From positions 1 to 64,000 of the forward strand of contig NW_026937667.1 of NCBI RefSeq assembly GCF_032062105.1: DNA of 64,000 nt, written 5' to 3'. Positions 53,257 through 62,975 of this stretch are shown one piece after another; the first letter of the stretch is position 1; every line of letters starts with the position of its first letter. The position numbers and the translations under genes are program-made. This DNA comes from Saccostrea cucullata (lineage: Eukaryota). A model generated the notes under the pieces. It did no database searches. It was given only the letters and a program-made list of their open reading frames with translations, and was not told where the DNA came from.

Positions 53257-53919
53257 AACAAGATGTGTTTGTGAGACACTGATGTCCCCTTATGGCAACA
53301 TAGCGTTAAATTTTCTCAAATGCTAATCAAACCTTAAGTAAGGCCTTTTCACAAGAAATACAAATGTGGAACATAAAACCCTAGCGCCACCTGTTGAAAA
53401 GTTATGGCCAAGGTAAAAGTTTTTTAAAACTCCGGAGTGAAGGTCAAAGGGTTAGTTCCTAAAGAAAGGCCTTATCACAAAGATTACATATGGGAAGTTT
53501 GAAAGCCATAGCCTATCCGTTGAAAAATTATTGCCAAGGTTTAGTGGTATTTTTGAAAATAGGTCAATCTACAAGGTCAAGGTCATAGGGTCAAAGTTGT
53601 TGGTATCTAATGAATCGCCTTGTCACAAATAATACATCTGTGAAGTATAAACGTCCTAGCACCAACCGGTCAAACCGGTCAAAAGCTATGGCCAGGGTAA
53701 AAGGTTGGAATATTGGTGTAAAAGTGTGTCAAACTTTAAAAGTCAAGGTCAAGTTTGGGGGTATCCAAAGAAAGGTGTTTTGTCTCAAGAAATGCACCTG
53801 TAAAATGACAGCCATAAATCCAACTGGTCAAAAGTTATGGGCAGAGGTAAAGTGAAAAACACAGACAGACTGACGGACAAAAACTATATACCCCAGAAAC
53901 TTCGTTGACGGGGGCATAA
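53257..53919 (-). mobile_element. HINE with ~150-bp internal tandem units (remnant at ~30590-30720)
   Basis: AACAAG start, repeated AAAAGTTATGG and AAGGTCAA units, (GACA)n tract, terminal CCCC..GGGGGCATAA. Confidence 0.6.
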
Positions 53920-54219
53920 GATCCTTCATTAATTTTGCTCTGAGAAACAGGAAAAAGGAGAATTATTATATTGGTATGCATACCTATTCAGATACATTTA
54001 AATTATATCCACGCTTTTTTAATTCATTATCTCTAGTGTTTAAAATAGACAAGTTTAATAGACTAGTGAGTTTTTAACTAAATTTTTTTTTTATTTTAAT
54101 TTTAAAAAATGCTGAAATTTTGAAATTAATCCCAAAAGAGACTTCTGTTAGAACAGCATAAGGGATTTTCATTTTGTCAATCTAATTAAAATTAGATCTT
54201 AGATTCGATCGCATACTTG

Positions 54220-54956
54220 TGTAATGAAACGGAAAATCATATTGGATTGAAATGCCTTTGAAATAGACCAATCGAATCATTATATAATTGACCAATCAGC
54301 GCTTGATATTATAACCAATCAGAGTTCCAGAATCATCAACCAATCATTAGTAATTAGAATAAGGTATAAATACAGACGCCCATGAAGATTTCGGCTACTT
54401 GGTGGTAACTCATCGCTTGGTTAACACCTCCTGGACTAGGTTCTTGGGCTGTGTCGGGAAACAACAGAATTGTTAGTTAAACCACTCAGCTCAGGAACCT
54501 ATTCCTTAATAGTGTGTCTCAGTGACTATAGTGTCTTGGTGACTTAAAATAGTGTCTTGGTGACTTTTAATAAAAGGTGTCTCAGTGACTTTTAGGGTGT
54601 GTTTTTTAGGTAGTTGCAGACTGTGTCGGGAAACAACAGGATTGTTGGTTAAACCACTCAGTCTGCAACTACAGTGTTATAACTTCATATTTGATTATTT
54701 TCTTGATCGTTAGTGATTCAATTGTGGTTGATTCTTTTCTTATAATTCGTTGTCGTTAAGTTCATATTTGTTTGCTAATCATTTATCCAGATAGGACCGA
54801 GGAAAAAGTATATACACATAGTGAATTTCAGTCAGTTTCTTGTTATAGTGCCATTGTTGTTGAAGTTTGTTTGATTCATATTATAAACGTGATACTTAGG
54901 AAGGAATCCTAAGCGGACCTATCAAATAATTATTTGTACTTTGTAAAAACGTTACA
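54220..54956 (+). repeat. 5' LTR (737 bp)
   Basis: Differs from the 3' LTR by 1 indel and 1 substitution by eye. Four CCAAT boxes, TATAAAT at 54365, AATAAA at 54569. Confidence 0.97.
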
Positions 54957-54960
54957 AATT

Positions 54961-54973
54961 TGGTGGCAGCGGT
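54961..54973 (+). promoter_or_regulatory. Primer-binding site, complementary to the tRNA-Leu 3' end
   Basis: TGGTGGCAGCGGT, 4 nt after the LTR, complements ...ACCGCUGCCACCA. Confidence 0.8.
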
Positions 54974-55057
54974 TTTAGGAATATTACGTTTATATATTTT
55001 GTATCATTTGTTGATCTATTATTTGTTTTCATTTTGTGGGCATGTTGTAAAACATGG

Positions 55058-58000
55058 ATGACAAGGATATTACAGACATTGACAAAGAAATACTCATATA
55101 GTATAAAGAAACATCCTGTACAAAACACATTCAAATGCATCACGTCTTACAAAGCTCAAGTTGGGGTAAACCAGAATGACCCTGAGGCTGGAATGTACGT
55201 GAAAGCTACCATCCAGGGGATTGAAGCGAATTTGCTTGTTGACACAGGAGCAACACTATCAGTACTGTCAAGTAAAGTTTATGAGGCTATACAAAACAAA
55301 CCAGTTTTGTACAAAACCGATCAAATAGTCTCTTCCGCATGTGGGACCGACTTAACTGTGAAAGGAAAAACTAGCATTTGCATTAATCAGGGTGAGAGTT
55401 TTTATAGCCAAGATGTCATTGTAGCAGATTTTTCTCTTGATGGAGTCATTGGACTCGACTTTATGAAGAAATACAATTGTACAATAGACATAGTTAATGG
55501 GTATTTTAAGGTAAACGACAAAGTTTACAAAGTTGATTTCTTTGGCAAAATCGGTTGCTTTAGAATTAACTCGAAAGAGATGATTGTCGTTCCTGCCAGA
55601 AGTGAGATAGTGACTTATTGTAAGGTCTCAATGCCGTCAAAATCCTACGACATGAAAGAAGTTTTAGGTATGATAGAACCATCGGAAAAGTTCCTCAAAT
55701 CAGGAAAAGCATTAATAGCAAGATCAGTTGGATATGTAAAAGATGGAGAAATACCAGTCCGAATGATGAATCCATCCCATGAACATCAAACTGTGTATCC
55801 GGGAACATTTATTGCGAATTTGAGTTCAGTTGACAATGTTTTTGAACCAACCTCTTCTGTAAATAAGCCATGCAAAGATCTTCCATCTCAACTGCAGGAT
55901 CTGTTTGAGAGATCTAAAGTTAATCTAAATGGTGGTGAAATACCTAAATTACAAAAGTTCTTGACTAGGTATGCAGATATATTTGCAAGGTCAGACAGAG
56001 ACTTGGGACGCACTTCACTGGTCAAACACACGATTGATACCAAGGATGCGCACCCACTAAATGAACCTCCTAGAAGAATTCCACATCATTTACAGGATGA
56101 AATGAACAAGCAGTTAGATGACATGCTTGACAGAAATATCATTGAGAAATCGAATAGCCCATGGGCATCAGGAGTCGTTTTAGCCAAAAAGAAAGATGGT
56201 TCTTTGCGATTTTGTGTGGATTACAGGCGTTTAAATGCAGCTACAGTCAAAGACGCCTACCCACTTCCACGCATCGACGACTCGTTAGACAGTCTTACCG
56301 GAGCAAAGTGGTTCTCAACCCTCGACTTGTGCTCCGGGTATTGGCAAGTTAGCATGGATGACTCAGATAAACTAAAAACGGCATCTGCAACTAAACGTGG
56401 TTTATACCATTTTAATGTTATGCCGTTTGGCCTTTGCAATGCCCCGGCAACCTTCGAAAGGCTAATGGAAACTGTTTTGAGTGGCTTGCAATGGCAAATA
56501 TGTTTGGTGTACCTAGATGACATCATTGTTATCGGAACATCGTTTACCAACATGTTAGAAAATCTTACACAGGTATTTGATAGACTGTCATCTGCTAACC
56601 TGAAACTGAAAGCAAGAAAGTGTCACTTGTTTCATAAGACTGTTGAATTTCTCGGACATGTGATATCAGAGGAAGGAGTAAGCACAGATCCTTCAAAAAT
56701 TTCTGCAGTACAAAATTTGTCTGTGCCTACTAATCTAACAGAGGTTAAAAGCTTTTTAGGCCTTTGCAGCTACTACAGACGTTTTATTCACAACTTCGCA
56801 GCAAAGGCAAAACCACTGAACAAATTGACTGAGAAGGGATCAAATTTCAAATGGACAGATGATTGTCAAGCATCCTTTGAATCCCTTCGACATGCACTTA
56901 TCTCCGCACCAATTCTTGCCCATCCTGACTTTACACAGTCATTTATTTTGGATACAGATGCTAGCGACGTAGCAATAGGGGCAGTTCTTTCACAGACACA
57001 AAACGGAGTAGAAAGAGTAATTGCTTTTGGAAGCAGAACCTTATCAAAAGCAGAACGGAAATATTGCGTTACAAGAAAGGAGCTGTTGGCTGTTGTCTAC
57101 TTTACAAAGTATTACAAACACTACTTGTATGGCAAGCAGTTTTTAGTCAGAACAGATCACAGTTCTTTGAAATGGCTAATGAACAGCAAGAATCCAGAAG
57201 GCCAGCTTGCTCGATGGTTTGAATCACTGAGCAATTTTCAAATGACCATTGAACACAGACCAGGGAATAAGCATGCAAATGCCGATGCGCTCAGCCGTTT
57301 ACCTTGCAGAAAAGCATGTTGTACATCTTCTGAAAGTATAGTTAATACCATAAGTAGCGCAACACCTACGGATAAATTGTCTTTGAAAGCCAAACAAAAC
57401 GGTGACAGAGACATAACTCAACTGATCAAATGGGTTGAAAAAGGTGTAAAGCCGGAGTCATCAGAGATTGCTGGTCAAAGCAACTTCATTAAGTCTCTAT
57501 GTTCTCAGTGGGATGCTCTGGTATTAGAGGATGGAATGCTCTTCCGAAAGAAAAAGCACAAAAATGGCAAAGTTTCTCTGCAAGCTGTTGTGCCATACAG
57601 TGAAAGACGAACAGTATTAGGACAGTTCCATGATGAAAGAACTTCTGCACATCTTGGGATAAAGAAAACATTGGCGAAGATAAAATGCAAATACTATTGG
57701 CCAGGATTGCAGAAAGATGTTAAATTGTACATTGCTGGTTGTGAAAAATGCCAAAGGCGAAAATCACCAAATACTACTAAACGTGCCCCAATGCAAGTTG
57801 TCACTTGCGGCGCACCAATGGAACGTATTGCTACAGATATATTAGGCGAACTTCCTATGTCCAATAATGGTAACCGATATATACTAGTCGTATCGGATTA
57901 CTTTATTAAATGGACAGAAAGTTTTCCTATGGCAAATATGGAAGCCGCAACTGTAGCTAAGGTGATAGTGGAAGAAGTCATAGCCCGCTTTGGAGTGCCT

Positions 58001-58834
58001 GGAACTATTCACTCCGATCAAGGAGTCCAGTTTGAAAGCAATCTTTTTACAGAAATGTGCCGGCTTTTGAATATAAAGAAAACACACACCACCCCGTACC
58101 ACCCCCAATCGGACGGGATGGTCGAAAGATTCAACAAAACTCTGGCTACCATGTTATCAGCCTATGTCAATGAGCACCATACGGATTGGGACGAACATCT
58201 CCCATACGTAATGATGGCATACAGAGCAGCAGTCCACGAATCAACGGGTGCAACTCCAAACAAAATGATGTTAGGTAGAGAGGTCGCTACACCTCTGGAC
58301 ATCGTATACGAGGTCCATTCTGATATTAAGAGAATTCCGCAGAATAGATGGGTTTGGGAGTTACAAGAAAAATCAGAAGAAGCACATGCAGTTGTCAGGG
58401 AAATGACAAAAGAGAGTATAGAACGACAGAAGTGGTACCATGATAGAAAGTTAAACTGGCAGTTGTTTAAGCCAGGTGACAAGGTTTACGTTTACTTCCC
58501 AAAACGTAAGACCGGTACATCTCCCAAATTCACGTCATATTGGCAAGGACCATTTGATATTATTGAGAAATGTTCCAATGTTACTTATAAAGTAAACTGT
58601 GGATACAGAGGTGCAAACCAAGTCATTCATACTGACAGGATAAGGCTAATGAAAGACCAAATCCTAACATCAGAACCTTTGCAAGCAAATAACATTGCAG
58701 AAAATACAATGTCTGATTCCTCTGAAAACATTGCTCAAGATGCCGAGGAAACATATGAAAAGGAGAGTTTTCAGGCAGATGGCAAACGAAAGAGAAGCAG
58801 ACCAGCCTACCTTAGTGATTACGTCTCTTTCTGA
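55058..58834 (+). CDS. pol: Gypsy Pol polyprotein (protease, RT, RNase H, integrase)
   Basis: Uninterrupted ORF with LVDTGA, LRFCVDYR, MPFGL, YLDD, TDAS, HHCC, D-D35-E (ATDILG/HSDQG/VERFN) and GPF motifs. First in-frame ATG at 55058. Confidence 0.95.
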   Translation: MTRILQTLTKKYSYSIKKHPVQNTFKCITSYKAQVGVNQNDPEAGMYVKATIQGIEANLLVDTGATLSVLSSKVYEAIQNKPVLYKTDQIVSSACGTDLTVKGKTSICINQGESFYSQDVIVADFSLDGVIGLDFMKKYNCTIDIVNGYFKVNDKVYKVDFFGKIGCFRINSKEMIVVPARSEIVTYCKVSMPSKSYDMKEVLGMIEPSEKFLKSGKALIARSVGYVKDGEIPVRMMNPSHEHQTVYPGTFIANLSSVDNVFEPTSSVNKPCKDLPSQLQDLFERSKVNLNGGEIPKLQKFLTRYADIFARSDRDLGRTSLVKHTIDTKDAHPLNEPPRRIPHHLQDEMNKQLDDMLDRNIIEKSNSPWASGVVLAKKKDGSLRFCVDYRRLNAATVKDAYPLPRIDDSLDSLTGAKWFSTLDLCSGYWQVSMDDSDKLKTASATKRGLYHFNVMPFGLCNAPATFERLMETVLSGLQWQICLVYLDDIIVIGTSFTNMLENLTQVFDRLSSANLKLKARKCHLFHKTVEFLGHVISEEGVSTDPSKISAVQNLSVPTNLTEVKSFLGLCSYYRRFIHNFAAKAKPLNKLTEKGSNFKWTDDCQASFESLRHALISAPILAHPDFTQSFILDTDASDVAIGAVLSQTQNGVERVIAFGSRTLSKAERKYCVTRKELLAVVYFTKYYKHYLYGKQFLVRTDHSSLKWLMNSKNPEGQLARWFESLSNFQMTIEHRPGNKHANADALSRLPCRKACCTSSESIVNTISSATPTDKLSLKAKQNGDRDITQLIKWVEKGVKPESSEIAGQSNFIKSLCSQWDALVLEDGMLFRKKKHKNGKVSLQAVVPYSERRTVLGQFHDERTSAHLGIKKTLAKIKCKYYWPGLQKDVKLYIAGCEKCQRRKSPNTTKRAPMQVVTCGAPMERIATDILGELPMSNNGNRYILVVSDYFIKWTESFPMANMEAATVAKVIVEEVIARFGVPGTIHSDQGVQFESNLFTEMCRLLNIKKTHTTPYHPQSDGMVERFNKTLATMLSAYVNEHHTDWDEHLPYVMMAYRAAVHESTGATPNKMMLGREVATPLDIVYEVHSDIKRIPQNRWVWELQEKSEEAHAVVREMTKESIERQKWYHDRKLNWQLFKPGDKVYVYFPKRKTGTSPKFTSYWQGPFDIIEKCSNVTYKVNCGYRGANQVIHTDRIRLMKDQILTSEPLQANNIAENTMSDSSENIAQDAEETYEKESFQADGKRKRSRPAYLSDYVSF

Positions 58835-58959
58835 ATATGTAAATAAAAATCAGTTTGGTAGGAAATACTACTGCAGTTTTAAAGTTCAATGTTTTTAACC
58901 TTGTTATACTCTTGTTAACCTATGCGAGGACGCATAATTTTTTTCGAAGGCGTGGGTAA

Positions 58960-59697
58960 TGTAATGAAACGGAAAATCATATTGGATTGAAATGCCTTTG
59001 AAATAGACCAATCGAATCATTATATAATTGACCAATCAGCGCTTGATATTATAACCAATCAGAGTTCCAGAATCATCAACCAATCATTAGTAATTAGAAT
59101 AAGGTATAAATACAGACGCCCATGAAGATTTCGGCTACTTGGTGGTAACTCATCGCTTGGTTAACACCTCCTGGACTAGGTTCTTGGGCTGTGTCGGGAA
59201 ACAACAGAATTGTTAGTTAAACCACTCAGCTCAGGAACCTAGTTCCTTAATAGTGTGTCTCAGTGACTATAGTGTCTTGGTGACTTAAAATAGTGTCTTG
59301 GTGACTTTTAATAAAAGGTGTCTCAGTGACTTTTAGGGTGTGTTTTTTAGGTAGTTGCAGACTGTGTCGGGAAACAACAGGATTGTTGGTTAAACCACTC
59401 AGTCTGCAACTACAGTGTTATAACTTCATATTTGATTATTTTCTTGATCGTTAGTGATTCAATTGTGGTTGATTCTTTTCTTATAATTCGTTGTCGTTAA
59501 GTTCATATTTGTTTGCTAATCATTTATCCAGATAGGACCGAGGAAAAAGTATATACACATAGTGAATTTCAGTCAGTTTCTTGTTATAGTGCCATTGTTG
59601 TTGAAGTTTGTTTGATTCATATTATAAACGTGATACTTAGGAAGGAATCCTAAGCGGACCTATTAAATAATTATTTGTACTTTGTAAAAACGTTACA
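58960..59697 (+). repeat. 3' LTR (738 bp)
   Basis: Near-identical to the 5' LTR and followed by the CTTG TSD. Confidence 0.97.
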
Positions 59698-60820
59698 CTT
59701 GCTTCACTAACATCTATCAATATTCCTTAGAGGGTCACGCCAGAGGTTTTTAATTTTAATTAGATCGGGATTCGTTAAGCTATATTTATATATTTTCAAG
59801 AGGCTCAAGTAAATGATGTGCAGGTCAATCCAAATTGAACATATCATTTCTCCAAGGATGAAACCAAATCTCTTGTGTACACAATCATTGATATTGTTAA
59901 AGTTAACAGACACCAGATCAGACCACTTCAGGACTTTTATTTTAGATGAAGGTGGAATACAAACCTAATAGTCAACAAAGGAATTCACCAATTTGATTCT
60001 GATTGGCTACTATTGATGTGAAATTGTGCAATTTTTATCCCAAGTACTTTTACATTAATTTTGCTTGAAGACATTATACGAGGGGTGAACAAAAAGTTCG
60101 CGAACTAATTGAATAACTTCCATAAAAGAAACTATATTTGGTTTCAGTGTTGATAATATTTTAATTGGTCCTCTCCGATTTTAATGCACATTTGCCACCG
60201 TTCTGCTCATGCGCAAATCACGTGATATTGGCGACAAGATTGCCACTTTTCCTAAGGATTAAGAATAAAGTTAAAATCTGTGAAGGTGCAAGGATGTGTC
60301 AATCAAGTTTTAATAACTTTTAAATGAAATAAGATTTTTAATTAACTTTAGTGTGAAATGCTATAAAAATATACAATTCGTGATATTATACAGAAAATAT
60401 TAACTTCAACTCTGTGTCCAAGTACCTTTAAAGCTTGTTTCCACTTTTGAGCTCTTCAGACTTATAAAGAAGTACATGTAATAATTGATCTCTCTTCTAT
60501 ATCCCTCCAAAATTAACCTTTCTTATCTGTATTTTCTACTCCTACATTTGTTATATACCTTTTTGAGATGCATTTTGCAAATTTGCAAAATTTTCTGACC
60601 TGACACTCATTTGCCCATTATGACGTCAGTACAATAATTCAAAAAATGTTATCTTTTGTCTCAGCTTGATCTTGGGAAGTTCATACTTGACACTAGACAA
60701 TGCTGTTATATTTTTATGCACCATCAGCAAGAATAACTGTTTATTTCACTATAAATTTGAGGTTGTTCTTATTAATATTTAATCTGTGGACTGTAAGGCA
60801 CATAAACATATTAGCAAAAA

Positions 60821-61373
60821 ATGGTAACGTTACTTAGATGTTTCCTACTTTGCCTGTTAAGCGAGTGTTTTATTGCTTTTTCATTGCTGAACAACCAAAA
60901 TTATAGTATTGGAAATATGTCTGGAGGACTAGTGACTAGTGACATGAGTGATGCGTTGGAAAATTCTAATAGTTTCCATCAGCTTCTAAATCAAGAAGCT
61001 CTTATTCGAGTGGCTCTGGTACAAAACGTTCACTCTTTAATGAAAGACATTATGACAGTAAAGAATTCAATGCTCGTGTTGGAAACAACTTTGGAAAAAT
61101 TCAAACTTGCGACCAAAAAGACAATTTTCCAGTTAGAAGCAGAAATAGAAAAGCTTAAATCGGAAAACCAGCGTTTACGGAACGATTATGCAGATAAACA
61201 TAGAAAATTAATTCCCTATGATAATGAAACATTACAAACAGTTAAAGACTCAATTTCACAAATGCAAAAAAGTTTTGATACAAGGTTACAAATGATTGAA
61301 GAAAGGAAAGCGAATGTGTCTTCTACTGAAGCTTTGGAGACGTCTTTGACAAAAGTTTCAACTGAAATTGAAA
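60821..61373 (+). CDS. C1qDC gene 5, exon 1 (close paralog of gene 4; continues beyond the window)
   Basis: Open signal peptide + coiled-coil exon closely matching 35981-36524, phase-1 donor A|GTAAGT, TATAAA at 60750. Confidence 0.85.
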
Positions 61374-62885
61374 GTAAGTAAATAGAACTAATGTGCTTTA
61401 TGCACACTATTACTATTTCTAGTCAGTTTGAATAAACCATTGATAAAGAATTTTATAGCAGGATGCATATAAATATCGAAGGAAAGTTACAGATATTTTA
61501 AAATTACAATTATCATGTTAATATGTTAGCAAGTTTAAATCTTTTTGATAAATAAATACAATTCTTTGAAAATTTACCTGTCTAAATGTATCATTTTTTC
61601 ATCGAAATAGTATCTATAAATTATGCTTTTGGTTTTCATCTATTATGGTCGTACAATTGAATAATAATTGAAATCCATCGTCAATTACGCGTGAGCTATC
61701 GTAATATTGATTTAATTATGGTTGCATCAAAAAGTTTTTATGGAGAAATAAGACGATATATAAAAGGATATACATGTAGTTCTTATTAATAACGCATAAA
61801 TTAAAATCATGATTCAATAATTTAAATATCACTACATATTTAAGTAGATTTTTTAAGGAAGAGCGGGACATTGAGCTGAAAAAAAAATCCAGTCAGTTAT
61901 TTTTTTTTCATATTTCTAATTACATGTATATTACTAATTGATTATGTCCTTAATATTTAAATCAGTCTTATCACTAGATTTTAAAGAAATCGCCCCACAA
62001 ATATCGCCCTGTATAGTTTTTGTATAAGTTTCGATTCTTCATGTTTACGGGTCCATTACCGAGTCAATAATGCGAATTTTTACGCACAGATAATAAATAT
62101 ATTAGATAATACGATCCATCAAAATATTTCAGAATATTCAGAGAGTTTCAATTATCTGAAAGCATTTTTTGAATTTCACATTCTATTTTGGTGGGATAAA
62201 TTTTGCACTTTTCAATACAGCTTCAAAGATTAAAACCTCATTTTGAAAAAAAAAAACTATGTCAATAATAATGGCTAAATTTTACATCAATATCAACTAT
62301 GACGTAATCCGTCTTTTGAGTCATGTGACATGTGCCCTGTTTCCACTTAAATATGTTTTAATTTGTACGAGAAATATGAATTAACAAACATATTATAGAT
62401 TGTAGTTACAATTTAAAGTAGGTTGATCGCAATTTTTGTTTTGTGACGCCACAAACTAATCGGATTTTGTATTATTTTTTAGAAAGAAAAAAAAAACGGA
62501 CAAAATTTACAATAACATATTTGAACTTTCTCCTTCACTACTGTTTAGGCTTAGTACAACATTTGCTGGATCCCACCATGCATCTTTGTTCGAGTGGCTT
62601 TAGTAAAAAACGTTAACTTTTTAATGAAAGACATTTTTAACATTAAAAAAATCAAAGCTCCTGTTGGAAAAAATCCAACTTCCAACTAAATGACAATGTT
62701 CCATTAAGATGCAGAATTAGAAAAGCTGAAATCGCAAAACTAGCGTCTACATGTATATAAAGAATGATAATGCAGATATGTGTAGAAAATCAATTCCTTA
62801 TGTGATCTGAACATTTCAAAAAGTCAGACTCAATTTTACAATGCAAGAAGTTTTTGACACAGGGATTTTACAATTTTTTTTTCAG

Positions 62886-62975
62886 GGTTACAGACAATTG
62901 AGGCAATGAAAGCAAACGTGTCATCTATTTCAGCTTTAGAGACGTCTTTGACAAAAGTTTCCTCTCAGTTGGGAA
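62886..62975 (+). CDS. Putative 90-bp phase 1-1 exon of gene 5 (RLQTIEAMKANVSSISALETSLTKVSSQLG)
   Basis: Poly-T + CAG acceptor, GTAAGT donor, open frame, paralogous to the last 30 codons of exon 1. Confidence 0.6.

Larger units (their letters stand above)
54220..59697 (+). mobile_element. Ty3/Gypsy LTR retrotransposon, very recent, lacking gag
   Basis: TG..CA LTRs at 54220-54956 and 58960-59697, TSD CTTG, PBS, purine-rich tract at about 58946-58959, domain order PR-RT-RH-IN. Confidence 0.97.

Noticed and set aside
54449-54490. Hammerhead ribozyme (GAAAC present)
   Set aside because: No CUGANGA core on either strand. Kept only as an unclassified stem-loop.
54510-54592. Short repeats with variable gaps in the LTR as a mini-CRISPR
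   Set aside because: Gaps are only 3-10 nt. These are ordinary LTR internal repeats.
56161-58482. Small alternative-frame and antisense ORFs within pol
   Set aside because: Shadow ORFs with no independent evidence.
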